A DNA stretch of 64,000 bases from Thermoproteota archaeon (GCA_027491415.1 JAOZFH010000050.1:22778-86777); one strand, 5' to 3'; shown: positions 1 through 10,188, numbered from the stretch's first letter. The notes: generated from the sequence alone by a model not told the origin. Translations and numbers: made by a program.

Positions 1-2
1 CG

Positions 3-110
3 GAGGAAATTGAGGCGCTGGTGCCGTTCATGGCGGCCAATGTCCAGGCGACTCTGATCACCCCGCTGCTGGCGACCGTGGGGGTGGTGGTCCAGGGCCT
101 CCTGGCCTGA
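3..110 (+). CDS. 3' end of a membrane protein (truncated by window edge)
   Basis: Frame from nt 3 reads EEIEALVPFMAANVQATLITPLLATVGVVVQGLLA*, which is hydrophobic, and is followed by a hairpin. Confidence 0.55.
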   Translation, partial: EEIEALVPFMAANVQATLITPLLATVGVVVQGLLA

Positions 111-116
111 AGGCGG

Positions 117-155
117 AAGGGAGGCCCCTCGGGTTGGGGGCCTTCACCTTATTTT
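117..155 (+). terminator. GC-rich hairpin plus short T-run
   Basis: GAGGCCCC...GGGGCCTT stem followed by CCTTATTTT just after the stop codon. Confidence 0.4.
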
Positions 156-176
156 CCAGACAGGGGGTCAAATTAG

Positions 177-2147
177 GTGATGATTAGGCCCGGCCTCAGG
201 AGGGAGGCCGTCGGCTCCCTGGCCCTTATCGCCTACTGGAGGGGCCTGACCTCACCCGAGGAGTTCGATCAGCCGGAGGGCCTCTCGGGCATCGAGATCG
301 ACGGGCTAGATCCTCAAATCTTGGAAGAGGCCGTCAGGAGGGCACGAGGTCTCTCCAGGCACGGCGCCATGAGGTTGGCCAGGGAGATACAGGACTCCCT
401 GGCCCCGAAGCTGGGCGGCCTCAGGAAGAGGCTGGCCGCCTACTACACCCTGAGGCCGGTGGCGAGGATGATGGCCAGGTCGGCCTGGAGGGTGATCGGC
501 GGGTCGCCGGAGATCTCCGACCCATTCGCCGGCGCGGGCGTGACCCTGTGGGAGGCCGTGATGGCCGGGCTGAACCCCAGTCTGGTCCTGGCATCCGAGA
601 TAGTTCCCGAGGCGGCCCTGGCCTGCTACGCCACGGTCCTGACGGCCCTGCGCGGCGACGAGGGGGTACTCGACGTGAGGGCGGGCGACAGCTTCCGCAC
701 CCTCTCCGGCGAGGAGTCAGAGGTCGACGTGATTCTCACCAACCCGCCCTTCACCAGGTGGGAGCTGCTGGAGAGGGACTACCGCTCCTTCCTGCAGTCA
801 GAGGGGCCCGGGGCGCCTGAGGACCTTGGGGGCCAGCCCTCCCTTCAGGCGTTCGCCCTCGCCCTCTCAGAGAGGCTGCTCAGAGATGAAGGGGTGCTCG
901 CGAGCGTCCTCCCCGCCTCGACCTTCTACACCCTATACGGCCGCGGCGTTGTGAGAATGCTCAGGGACAGGTTCGACCACGTGGCCCTGCTCGAGGGGCC
1001 GTGGCACTCGGCCAGCGCGGGCAGCGGATTCAAAGAGGTCATCCTGCTGGCCACCCGCGGTCTCGGGCTCAGGGGGATTGAACACCTCAGACTCACAGAG
1101 GAGGCGCTCGGCGAGGTCGAGCGGCTGATAGGTAGGCGCGCGATGCCCGCAGAGAGGATCGAGGCGGAGGCGAGGGCCTTCCCCAGCTTCCTAGCGGCCG
1201 TGAGGAGGCACCCCATCAAGGACCTCCTCCTGCCAGTCTTGCTGGAGGGCCTTTCGAGCGGGGCCCTGAGGCACGGCCCGCCCTGCAGGTCCTTGAGGGG
1301 GGTCGAGATGTACGGCCCCGACTTCTTCCTCATCCCCCACAGGTACTGGTCCCTCATGGGCTGGGGCCCCGAGGGTGCCTTCATAGTGGGCGAAAGCGGG
1401 AGAGAACTCTTCATCCCGTCTGAGTTCCTGCTACCGGCCTTCAGGAAGCCAGAGGCCCACAGGTGGATTGCGGTTACGTACCCCTCGCACTTGCTTCTGA
1501 CGCTGCCGGAGGACCTCTCGTCGGCTCCGCCGGACGTGAGGGAGTACGTCAAGTGGGGAGAGGAGAGCGGCGCGGCCAGGCCAGCCATTCGATCGTTCGG
1601 ACCGGCCTGGTGGGCCCACGCGACTAGGCAGGTGGCCTCGAAGAGGCCCTTCGCCAGGCTCTTCCTCCTCGACAAGCTGGATCCCTCCAGGCGCGGCAGC
1701 CTGGCCCTCTACTCGCCTGAGCAGGTGACTGCGACCAAGAACTTCTACCCAGTGGACTGCGGGGATCCCACCTGGGAGGCGGCCCTGGCGGCCTGGTACA
1801 ACTCCACCGCGTTCCTGGCCTATCTGCTGCTGGCCGGTCGGGAGATCGGTCCGAGCTGGCTTAGGTTTTTGCTGGACGACTACAAGAGCATCCCCACGCC
1901 GAACGTTCCCTCTCTATCCCCAGGCAAGGTTGACAAGGCGGCCGAGGTCCTCCTGAGGGTCGGCTCCAGGGAGCTGCCGCCCCTGCCCGACCAGATTGGA
2001 TCAGATGAGAGGTGGGAGCTGGATAACGCCATCCTGCGAATGATCGGCCTCGAGGAGGAGGCCGCGTCCTCGCTCCTCGGCGGGCTTTACCGGCTTGTTA
2101 GGGAGGAGCTCGCGCTGAGGGTCGAGGCCTCTAGGAGCTCGGTGTGA
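177..2147 (+). CDS. N6-adenine DNA methyltransferase (gamma-type, with TRD-like C-terminus), no linked endonuclease
   Basis: Motif I DPFAGAG precedes motif IV ILTNPPF; C-terminal region resembles TaqI/Eco57I-type TRD (AAWYNST, ELDNAIL). Confidence 0.8.
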   Translation: MMIRPGLRREAVGSLALIAYWRGLTSPEEFDQPEGLSGIEIDGLDPQILEEAVRRARGLSRHGAMRLAREIQDSLAPKLGGLRKRLAAYYTLRPVARMMARSAWRVIGGSPEISDPFAGAGVTLWEAVMAGLNPSLVLASEIVPEAALACYATVLTALRGDEGVLDVRAGDSFRTLSGEESEVDVILTNPPFTRWELLERDYRSFLQSEGPGAPEDLGGQPSLQAFALALSERLLRDEGVLASVLPASTFYTLYGRGVVRMLRDRFDHVALLEGPWHSASAGSGFKEVILLATRGLGLRGIEHLRLTEEALGEVERLIGRRAMPAERIEAEARAFPSFLAAVRRHPIKDLLLPVLLEGLSSGALRHGPPCRSLRGVEMYGPDFFLIPHRYWSLMGWGPEGAFIVGESGRELFIPSEFLLPAFRKPEAHRWIAVTYPSHLLLTLPEDLSSAPPDVREYVKWGEESGAARPAIRSFGPAWWAHATRQVASKRPFARLFLLDKLDPSRRGSLALYSPEQVTATKNFYPVDCGDPTWEAALAAWYNSTAFLAYLLLAGREIGPSWLRFLLDDYKSIPTPNVPSLSPGKVDKAAEVLLRVGSRELPPLPDQIGSDERWELDNAILRMIGLEEEAASSLLGGLYRLVREELALRVEASRSSV

Positions 2148-2213
2148 GCCCTCACCCCAGGCTCAACGTCCGAAAGGCCCAGCTCAAAGAAGGGGGGAGG
2201 TGAGGGCTGAGGG

Positions 2214-3227
2214 TCAACCTCCCTCCGTGGCGAGCGCTTGAGAGGGGCCAGACCCAGACTGAGGGACCTGCCCCGGTACCCCCTTCGACCTCCGGTAGAC
2301 CGCCAGGATGGCCCAGCCCACCACCACGATCGGCGCAAGGAAGGCCGCCCCGACGATTATCAGGGTGAGGGCAAGCACCAGCGCCTTCAGGGCCGCCCTC
2401 ACCAGGTCCCTGAGGCTGAAGCCTGGGAGGAGGGGCTCCTCGGGCGGCTCGGGCTCCGGGACGGAGATCGTGACGGTCACGGTCGCGTAGTCCACCTGCT
2501 CCTCCAGCATCTTCTTCTGAGCCTCGAGCCTCTCGATCCTCTCCCTCACGTAGGAGAGTCGATCCTCAACCTGCAGTATCTCGTTTACGGTCTCGGCCTT
2601 GCTCATGATCTCCAGCAGCCTCTGCTCCTCCGCCTTAGCGTTCCGCAGCCTGGCGTCGAGGTCGACAAGCTGGTCCGTGACGTCGGTCGCGCTCCTGGTC
2701 TCGCTCTTTACGGTGCCTATCTGCCTGATCTCCGCCAGGGCAGCGTCGAGGCTCTCGACCGGGACCCTCACGGTCACGGTGGCGTACTCGTCGGTCACCA
2801 TGGAGTACTCCACCCAGCCCCCCTTGGAGACCGCCACCTTCTCCACGGCCGAGGCCGCCTGTCCAACCTGGCCCTCGGGGACCTCGACGCCCATTTCCAC
2901 CCTTATGATCAGCGACCTCCCTGCGTAGGCCGAGGTGGGGATCTCCGCGCCTCCGGCCGACGTGACGGGATACGTCGCGGGAGGCGCCGTCGGCGCCGGG
3001 ACTCCGGCCCCGCCGTAGGCGGCCTCTCCCACCCCGGGCGTGATCAGGAGGCCCGCCCCCCTAGCCGCCTTTACCCCGCTCTGGGGGACCTCCTCCAAGC
3101 CAGGGGCGGGCGGAGCCCGCCCGACCCCCAGGAGAGTGAGACCCACGTATCCCAAGAGGAGGTAGCCAGCTAGGCCTGAGAGCAGGATGAACCCAACCAC
3201 GTAGAGCGCCCTCTTGGTCATACTCAC
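2214..3227 (-). CDS. DUF4349 domain membrane protein
   Basis: N-terminal TM; DVTDQLVDLDARLRN...ILQVEDRLSYVRERIERLE...VDYATVTVTI coiled-coil signature; C-terminal TM. Confidence 0.8.
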   Translation of the reverse strand: MSMTKRALYVVGFILLSGLAGYLLLGYVGLTLLGVGRAPPAPGLEEVPQSGVKAARGAGLLITPGVGEAAYGGAGVPAPTAPPATYPVTSAGGAEIPTSAYAGRSLIIRVEMGVEVPEGQVGQAASAVEKVAVSKGGWVEYSMVTDEYATVTVRVPVESLDAALAEIRQIGTVKSETRSATDVTDQLVDLDARLRNAKAEEQRLLEIMSKAETVNEILQVEDRLSYVRERIERLEAQKKMLEEQVDYATVTVTISVPEPEPPEEPLLPGFSLRDLVRAALKALVLALTLIIVGAAFLAPIVVVGWAILAVYRRSKGVPGQVPQSGSGPSQALATEGG

Positions 3228-3314
3228 CGCCTTTGAGGTCCAAGGAGGGTAAATAAACCGTGTGCTTAAGGTGCGAGGTTCTTCGCAGTTTTGAAAAGGG
3301 GAGGGGGGTGTCCC

Positions 3315-4616
3315 TCAGATCCTCTCGGCCTTACCCGTGGCCAGCGGCCTCACGAAGTAGGCGGGAATGAAGCCCATCGATATGTACAGGGCCGAGAGGA
3401 GCACCGTCATCCTGGGCCCCAGGGCCTCTATCCCCCACCCCACGAACACGGCCGTCAGGTAGGCCGAGACGTGGAGCATCGACATGAAGTACTGGAAGAG
3501 GAACGACGGGAACTCTGGTGGGCAGAGGTCGCCGAGCACAGTCTCCCAAGTGGTGAAGTTGAAGCCCTCGAAGAAGCCCAGGGCGAAGGACAGCGGGTAC
3601 ATGAGCCAGACCCTCTCCGGGGTCAGGAGAGACATCCCGGCAAGGGATGCGGCGGCCCCGGCGAGGGAGAAGTAGTACGCCCTCTTGTGACCTATCCGGT
3701 CGGCCAGCATCCCGGTGATCGGTGATCCAACGGCGACCGCCAAACCGAAGGCCACGGAGGCTAGGCCTCCACCCCTGAGGCTCCTCCCGGAGAGTTCCTT
3801 GATCACTAGGGAGAACACGCCCCTGTTGGGGTCGAAGGAGTAGACGGACGCCCCGAATATTGCGAAGATCACGGCGGCCAGCAGCCTAGGGTCGGTGAAC
3901 GTGAGGGCAAGGACCCTCTTGTTGATCCTCCTCTCCTCCGTGAGCGGGGGCTCCCTCACGGCGGCCATGGCGAAGGCCGGAATGGTGTAGAGGGCCATGA
4001 GAGAGATGGCGCCGTCCCACCCGAACCTTGAGACGGCCCAAGTCACGAAGAGGGCGGAGAGCGAGTATCCAATGGCCCTGCCCCCCCAGCCGAAGCCGAA
4101 CCCCATACCGTGGTAGTCGGGAGGGGTGACGTCGAGGAGGAGAGCGTCGGCCGCGATGTCCAGGAGGGCGTCCCCCGAGAAGATGATCAGCGCGGCAGGG
4201 AACGCCTGCCTCCACGGATCCGCGGCCCTCGCGAGGAGGAAGAAGCAGACCATCCTCATGACGTTGCCGGCCATGAGGTACATCCTGCGCCTCCAGCCCC
4301 TCACGGAGGGGGTGAGGTCCATCACCAGGCCTATGATGAACTTGAAGTGCCACGCTATGTACGCCGCGGCGACGAAGAAGCCGATGTCCGCCGGTCCTAA
4401 GCCGAATCTCTCCGACAGGTAGAATGGGAGGAAGATCCCTAGGCTGCGCACGGCTCCCTCCGTCAGGTACACCAGCATGTAGGTGGTGGTGACCAACCTC
4501 GGACTCCAGTACTCACCGTAGAGCCTTTGGATTCTCTCCCGCTTGCTTGTTGCCGCCGAGCTTTGCCCCGCGAGATCCGGATTGGCGGCGCTCTGACTAG
4601 CGTCGTCGGCGGGCAT
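3315..4616 (-). CDS. MFS transporter (AmpG/BT1-like)
   Basis: About 12 TM segments; WHFKFIIGLVMD, DIAADALLLD, GMLADRIGHKR motifs. Confidence 0.8.
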   Translation of the reverse strand: MPADDASQSAANPDLAGQSSAATSKRERIQRLYGEYWSPRLVTTTYMLVYLTEGAVRSLGIFLPFYLSERFGLGPADIGFFVAAAYIAWHFKFIIGLVMDLTPSVRGWRRRMYLMAGNVMRMVCFFLLARAADPWRQAFPAALIIFSGDALLDIAADALLLDVTPPDYHGMGFGFGWGGRAIGYSLSALFVTWAVSRFGWDGAISLMALYTIPAFAMAAVREPPLTEERRINKRVLALTFTDPRLLAAVIFAIFGASVYSFDPNRGVFSLVIKELSGRSLRGGGLASVAFGLAVAVGSPITGMLADRIGHKRAYYFSLAGAAASLAGMSLLTPERVWLMYPLSFALGFFEGFNFTTWETVLGDLCPPEFPSFLFQYFMSMLHVSAYLTAVFVGWGIEALGPRMTVLLSALYISMGFIPAYFVRPLATGKAERI

Positions 4617-4703
4617 AGCCCCATCGACCCCTCAGCTGGGCCCTCGTGAAATACGTTATCAATTTTAACGAACGTATGGGGGTCGACGGGCTGGGTGCCG
4701 CGG

Positions 4704-4814
4704 ATGGGCGTGAAGGTGGTGATCACGGCCGTGGTAATCGCGACCGCTTTCGTAACCTACTTGGTGCTCTACCTCCTTGGCAGGAGGTGGAAGAGAGAGC
4801 TGGGCCTAAGGTGA
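4704..4814 (+). CDS. 36-aa single-TM small protein (not in ORF track)
   Basis: ATG4704: MGVKVVITAVVIATAFVTYLVLYLLGRRWKRELGLR*; lies just downstream of an AT-rich promoter-like tract at 4648-4675. Confidence 0.55.
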   Translation: MGVKVVITAVVIATAFVTYLVLYLLGRRWKRELGLR

Positions 4815-4890
4815 GGCCGAGATGGCGTTTCGCCTGTTTCAAGATCGTTCCCAGGCGTCCCTAAACTAGCCTCCCCTCCGACGCTCCCCG

Positions 4891-6273
4891 GTGAAGTGGA
4901 GAGTGGGGAGAGGCGCGCTTATCCTGATCGTCGTCCTGCTCGCAGGCTTGGTCGCCGTGGGAGTTCTTCGCTGGGTGAGGCCGACCAAACTCCGTGGCGG
5001 GGGCGGGACCGAGTCCCTCACGCTAGACCTCAGCGACGCGAGGGATCCCGAAGAGATTTCCTACGAGTTGCTGGCCAACGGGACCATCGAGGTTGAGGGT
5101 CGCCAGGTCAGGTACCTCGCCGTCGAGTTCCCGGGCATCAGGTGGAAGGGTAAGCGGTGGAGTCACCGGGCCTGGATCTTCTACTCGGAGGGGTGCGACT
5201 CCGAACTCGGCGCCGTCGTCGCCGGCGGTCCTGGTCCCGCCGGGTTCAAGCGATTCGCGGTGGAGTTCGGCGCCAGAGCGGTCGCAGAGACCTGCGTCCC
5301 CGTTCTGATGCTGTTCGACGTGCCCAACGGCCAGTTCGGGCTGGAGGAGACTGAACTCATGGCTTTCTCCATGTCCAAGGCACTCGAAACCGGCGACCTG
5401 ACCTGGCACCTCGTCTATCCCATGGCGTTCGCCTACTCACGGGCCATGACACTCGAGAGCCCGCTGGTCCCCTCCCACCCGAGCCGCTTCGTGCTGAGCG
5501 GAGGTAGCAAGAGGGGACTCACGACTTGGATCGTGGCCGCCTACGACGACCGGGTCGCGGCGATAGCGCCGCGCTCCTACAACGGGGCCAACCTCACCGC
5601 CCTGCTGCGGTCCCACTATCAGGCCTACGGGATGCCGATCGGGTCGCTGGCCGTTATGGAAGCCTACGGCGTCCTGGACCAGGTGAACCGCTCAGCCAAC
5701 GTGGATGACCTGCTGGAGGTGTACGATCCGGTGAAACACTTCGACGAACTCTCGATCCCGATCATGGTGATCTTCGGAACTGCCGACCAGCTGAGTCCAC
5801 CGGCAGTCGAGTGGACCTACGCCTCCTACTACCACGGGCCGCTGTGGTTCGAGATCGTCCCCAACGCTACGCACACCGGGCTCCACTCGACCGAGAGGGC
5901 GGCGGCAGCCTGGAGGGCCTTCCTAGCCCACGTCACCGGCGCGGCCGAGCTCCCTGAGGTCAATGTCCACGTCTCTCACTCGACCGGCGGCTCTGCGTGG
6001 GTCTTGGCTGAGGTGACCTGCCGCTGCGAGATCCTGGGGGTCACCGCGTGGACGGCGACCTCTGAGAGCCTCGCCGGGTTGGTGACAGCGGGCTGGAGCC
6101 CAATCCGGATGACCCTGGAAGAGGGTGTCTGGAGGGCGTCGATTCCAGTGACCGAGGCCTACGCTGGCGTGTTCGTGGAGGTGCGGTTCTCCTCGGGTGG
6201 GGTCACGGGGTACGCGTCCTCTCCCCGGTTCGTGATCGTCGAGGGGGCCCGGCGCGGGGCTAGCGAGAGATGA
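4891..6273 (+). CDS. PqaA-family (PhoPQ-activated pathogenicity-related) alpha/beta hydrolase, membrane-anchored
   Basis: FVLSGGSKRGLTTW...DDRVAAIAP signature, VPNG, YPM, VPNATH; N-terminal signal/TM. Confidence 0.8.
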   Translation: MKWRVGRGALILIVVLLAGLVAVGVLRWVRPTKLRGGGGTESLTLDLSDARDPEEISYELLANGTIEVEGRQVRYLAVEFPGIRWKGKRWSHRAWIFYSEGCDSELGAVVAGGPGPAGFKRFAVEFGARAVAETCVPVLMLFDVPNGQFGLEETELMAFSMSKALETGDLTWHLVYPMAFAYSRAMTLESPLVPSHPSRFVLSGGSKRGLTTWIVAAYDDRVAAIAPRSYNGANLTALLRSHYQAYGMPIGSLAVMEAYGVLDQVNRSANVDDLLEVYDPVKHFDELSIPIMVIFGTADQLSPPAVEWTYASYYHGPLWFEIVPNATHTGLHSTERAAAAWRAFLAHVTGAAELPEVNVHVSHSTGGSAWVLAEVTCRCEILGVTAWTATSESLAGLVTAGWSPIRMTLEEGVWRASIPVTEAYAGVFVEVRFSSGGVTGYASSPRFVIVEGARRGASER

Positions 6274-7258
6274 GACGGGAGTAGGGGTCCTCAGCCTCCC
6301 GGGGGAATGGCCTCCCCCCTGAAGGGCCCAGGATCAGCCTCTCCTCTGGCCTCCCGAGGAGCGCGCCCACGACCTCGGCAGAGATGCCTATGACCCCCAG
6401 GCACCACACAGCCTCCCTAGCCCACTCTGGCCTGACGACCGCCACCAGCAGACCGGAGCTGGAGGCGGCCAGCGGATTGAACCCGTGCTCGTCGGCCAGG
6501 GCCAGGAGTTCCGGGGGGATCGGGAGCTTCTCCTCCTCCACGTAGAATCCCAGCCCGGAGGCGTCCGCCAGGTCGTTCAGGGCCCTCACGAGCCCGCCCT
6601 CCGCCCCGTCCTTCATGGCCAAGGCCAGGCCCCTGCGGGAGAGGAGCATGGCAGAGTCCACGACCGACAGGTCCCTGTAGTAGCCCCTCCATCTCCTGAC
6701 ACCCTCCTCTCCGTAGGCGTCTGCCAAGACGGAGGGTCTGAAGTGGGCAAGGGAGTACAGAAGTTCGCCTCCGACGGCGCCGGCCAATAATATCTTGTCT
6801 CCGGAGGAGGCGTTCGAGGGGAGCATCAGTCTGTCGACCCTCCCGGCCACCGTCGTCACCGCGACCGGCTCGCTCACGCCTGGATACCAGCCGGTGTGAC
6901 CGGTCACCACGGAGGCCCCGTACAGGCGCGCCTCCTCGTGGATCTGCCGCATGATCTCCACGGCCTCCTCGCCGGGGAACCCCGCAGGGAGGAGGAGGTT
7001 GACGGCCACGTACTCGGGCCTTCCCCCCATGACGGCAACATCCGAGGCCGTAAAGTGGAAGGCCAGTATCCCGAGGTGTTCCCCCGGGACCCCAAGGGCC
7101 GGGTCGGTGGCCCAGACGTATATTGACCTTGAGCCCGAAACGACCCCCGCGTCCAGGAGCGGGTTGGGTGGAACCTTGACATCCGCCCGCCTAGCGCCGG
7201 ACAGCCTCGTGATCAGGTTCAGGAGTTCCCTGCGGGCCTTTCCGGACAACTGGGACAC
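6260..7258 (-). CDS. AIR synthase-related protein (HypE/ThiL/PurM superfamily)
   Basis: ATDP, SDVAVMGGRP, VVTGHTG, MKDGAEGGL, SSGLLV motifs. Confidence 0.8.
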   Translation of the reverse strand: MSQLSGKARRELLNLITRLSGARRADVKVPPNPLLDAGVVSGSRSIYVWATDPALGVPGEHLGILAFHFTASDVAVMGGRPEYVAVNLLLPAGFPGEEAVEIMRQIHEEARLYGASVVTGHTGWYPGVSEPVAVTTVAGRVDRLMLPSNASSGDKILLAGAVGGELLYSLAHFRPSVLADAYGEEGVRRWRGYYRDLSVVDSAMLLSRRGLALAMKDGAEGGLVRALNDLADASGLGFYVEEEKLPIPPELLALADEHGFNPLAASSSGLLVAVVRPEWAREAVWCLGVIGISAEVVGALLGRPEERLILGPSGGRPFPREAEDPYSRLISR

Positions 7259-7296
7259 CGCTCCCCACCTAGGGTGAGACGGGCGCAGGGCCCGGA

Positions 7297-7587
7297 TCAG
7301 CGCCTGTCCCTTTCCGCGGGGCCTGACCCGATGTACACCGCCTGGATCGCCCCCCTCTCGTCCAGCCGGAAGGATATCTCCCCCCTCTCCCCCATCTCCT
7401 CCAGAACGAGTCTCGCGAGATCTCTAAGCCTCTTCACGTCCTCCAGGACCCTCCTGGAGCCCCTGATCCTCTCCCTCTCCCTCGCCCGAAGGGCCGCCTT
7501 GAGGGCCTCTCGGAGGGCCACTCTGTCCCTTGATGACCTGAGCTCATCCCAGTCAACTAAGGTCAGGGACTCGCCGCCCCCAGGCAA
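7297..7587 (-). CDS. small charged hypothetical protein coupled to the upstream nucleotidyltransferase
   Basis: TTG start at 7587 after GAGGAGGCGGAGG; overlaps the end of the upstream gene. Confidence 0.5.
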   Translation of the reverse strand: MPGGGESLTLVDWDELRSSRDRVALREALKAALRARERERIRGSRRVLEDVKRLRDLARLVLEEMGERGEISFRLDERGAIQAVYIGSGPAERDRR

Positions 7588-8132
7588 GGTCCTCCGCCTC
7601 CTCGAGAAGGTCAAGGACCCCCTCTTCTTTAGCTCTTCTCCTGAGGAAGTCCAAGTCTATGCGCCCCCTCAGAGCCCTCAGGAGAAGGATGGTCTTGTCT
7701 CTATCCATCCCAGAGTTCCAGAACTTCCGGCCCGCCAGGGACTTGACGATCAGATCCTCAGGGGCCTCGACGTAGAGCCTCCTCCCTCTGACCACCAGTT
7801 CCACGGGCCTCCTCTTCCCCGTGGGGACCGTCCCGACCAGGTCGATCCCCCCCTCTCAGCGAGGGGACGAAGCCGGGGGACCCAAGTCCTCCCAACCCTG
7901 TCGGCGATCGCATCCAAGGACTTCACCAAGTCGATCCCGCGTACACCTCGACTGAGAAACCTCCAACGAGAATCGCACTGCCAATCCCCCTGGCCTCGAG
8001 GCACTCGTTAAGCCACGAGAAGAAGATGAGGACCCTGGTTGTCGGATCGGGCTCGCAAGCAAGCTCCCGCAAGACCTCTCCCTCGAATACCCCCACCATC
8101 TCGTCTACATGCTCCTTCCGGTTCAAGCCCAT
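7553..8132 (-). pseudogene. frameshifted DUF6036-like nucleotidyltransferase
   Basis: AILVGGFSVEVYAGS (frame 1), KSLDAIAD..GRTW (frame 2) and GIDLVG...LYVEAPEDLIVKSL..KFWNS...IDLDFLRRRAKEEGV (frame 3) form one family pattern split over three frames. Confidence 0.6.
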
Positions 8133-8253
8133 CACCACGCTCAGAGAGGCTGCGCGCTGCGCTGACACCCGCTCCCATTAAACCCGTCACCCATGCAGAG
8201 AGCTGGGGGTCGAACGCGAAAGCATAAGTGCTAAGACCGATGAACTTAGGCCA

Positions 8254-10188
8254 GTGGAAGCACGGCCTTCGGTCGCTGCGTCAGCCATCTTCTTGGCGCT
8301 GGTGCTCTGGTCTCCCTTGGGATTTGAACGCGGCTCCAGCTGGTTGACCGCCACGAGGAGGCTCTCACCAACGCCTGGTATCCCGCAGGCGGAGGACCTC
8401 CCCCTAATCTGGCCCACGCCGAGAGGTTCGTGGGGTCCAACTGAAGTGACCTCCCTCGACCTGGGGCCCGGACGAATTCCACTCTCGATGGAGGGCCCAG
8501 GTACCCGCGCGCCAAGGCCAAACGCCAGGATCAGCCTCTACTTCATGGGACCGCCCACCGAGGACAAGCTAAGCCTAGCCAAGATGGCAGATATAGTAGA
8601 GGCCGCAGAACTCTCACCGGGGGTTAGATCAGAGCTCATCGACGCCGGGGCGCGGCTGATGTTGTACGACTGGATATTCGCCACGTACGAGTGGGATGCG
8701 GGCGGGTACAGGCGAGAAGACTTCCTCGTCAGCTTCGACGGTCCCTACGGGAGGGCGTTGGCCTACGACTATGGGAGCGAGGAGCTCCGAAGGGAGAGGA
8801 TCGTCAGGCTGCTGGACGAGATTTCCGATGGGGGGTACTCTGCAATCTTCTTCGACTGGTTCCCCGTGGCGTGCTCGGAGGACTGGGCGTCTGAGGTGCC
8901 GGGGTACCTCGAGGAGTTCAGGGAGAGACACCCCAACCTCACGCTATGGGAGGCGCTCAGGGAGTTCCTGGTGGGCCTGAGAGAGGAGGCCGAGGCGAGG
9001 GGGATCGACCTTGTGATCGTGTCCAACCAAGCCTACAGGTGCGGAGCTGAGCCGCTGAGGTACGTGGACTGGGACATCAGCGAGTCGTACTTCTCCGACG
9101 TCGTCCAGGGGTACACGGTGCTCTTTCCGTGGGATGCGGACTCGTGGGAGAGCCCGGCTATGTACGTCCCCGAACTCGTCGTCCAACCCTACGAGGAGGC
9201 CCGGAGACGCAACCCTAGGCTGGGGTTCTTTCACCTCAGCTACGCCCTTCCCGACAGGGGAGGCAGGGAGGCGGCCTTCTACTCCTTTGCTGGGGCCAGG
9301 GTGTTCGGCCACGACGGGGCGGCCTACTCCCCGTCCGAGGTGTGGGGAGAAGTCCAACTCGAGGACCTGCCGAACCTCTACTGGCTCGGGTGCTGGAGGG
9401 GATCTGCCTTCGGGGATCGCTGGGCCATAGGCGTCTACGACGCCGGATTGGTCGCCGTGGGGCAGGCCCCGGCCGCGGTACCCGAAGGCTTGGTGGGGGC
9501 TTGGGCGCTCGACCTGTACGACGGAGTCCTCTTGGAGCTGCCCAGTACGCTGGACTTTGGCAGGGATCCCTGGGGGAGGGTGTTCCTCCTCATGGCGGAG
9601 GAGGGCGCAGAGGTCCGCTGCACGTCGTGGGAACTCGAGGTCCCCGTGTATGGGAAAGTCGCGCGGGCGGCGATTGAGACCATAGCCGCGGCTGGGGACT
9701 GCGAAGTGAGGATCTACGCCCTGAGCCGGCAGGGCGCACTCGAGCTGTGGTCTGAGTGGCGGGAACCAGGGATCGAGGTGGCGATCCTGTCGAACGACAT
9801 AGACTGGAACCTGACCGGGACTCGGCTGGCCGACGAGATTCGTCAAATGGGCGTCGAGGTCCGCAGGGCCCGGCTGGACCAGGAGGGGTTGAGGCTGGCC
9901 ATGCTAGACAGCAAGGTGCTCATCCTGCTGGGCGGGCCCGAGAGCCCCCACCTCGGGGACCTGCTCCGCCCGCTCACCCGCGCGCTGGGCGGGCCGGGGA
10001 TTTACGATCTCGGCCCCGGGAGGGTGCTGATATGGCTGTGGGGGGAGGATCGGTTTTCGACGAGGAAGTACGCGCTCGATAACTTGGACGTCGTCCTGGA
10101 GACCGTGGCCGACCTGATCTCCCCGATACCACGCTGCCACCAGATGGACGGGCTCACCTACGCCCCTCTGACCGGGTCCGACGGGTGA
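8254..10188 (+). CDS. secreted putative glycoside hydrolase-like TIM-barrel protein with archaeal surface-protein C-terminal domain
   Basis: Signal peptide; YSAIFFDW, IVSNQAY, DISESYF; C-terminal VAILSNDID...LILLGGPES...LWGEDRFST domain. Confidence 0.55.
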   Translation: MEARPSVAASAIFLALVLWSPLGFERGSSWLTATRRLSPTPGIPQAEDLPLIWPTPRGSWGPTEVTSLDLGPGRIPLSMEGPGTRAPRPNARISLYFMGPPTEDKLSLAKMADIVEAAELSPGVRSELIDAGARLMLYDWIFATYEWDAGGYRREDFLVSFDGPYGRALAYDYGSEELRRERIVRLLDEISDGGYSAIFFDWFPVACSEDWASEVPGYLEEFRERHPNLTLWEALREFLVGLREEAEARGIDLVIVSNQAYRCGAEPLRYVDWDISESYFSDVVQGYTVLFPWDADSWESPAMYVPELVVQPYEEARRRNPRLGFFHLSYALPDRGGREAAFYSFAGARVFGHDGAAYSPSEVWGEVQLEDLPNLYWLGCWRGSAFGDRWAIGVYDAGLVAVGQAPAAVPEGLVGAWALDLYDGVLLELPSTLDFGRDPWGRVFLLMAEEGAEVRCTSWELEVPVYGKVARAAIETIAAAGDCEVRIYALSRQGALELWSEWREPGIEVAILSNDIDWNLTGTRLADEIRQMGVEVRRARLDQEGLRLAMLDSKVLILLGGPESPHLGDLLRPLTRALGGPGIYDLGPGRVLIWLWGEDRFSTRKYALDNLDVVLETVADLISPIPRCHQMDGLTYAPLTGSDG

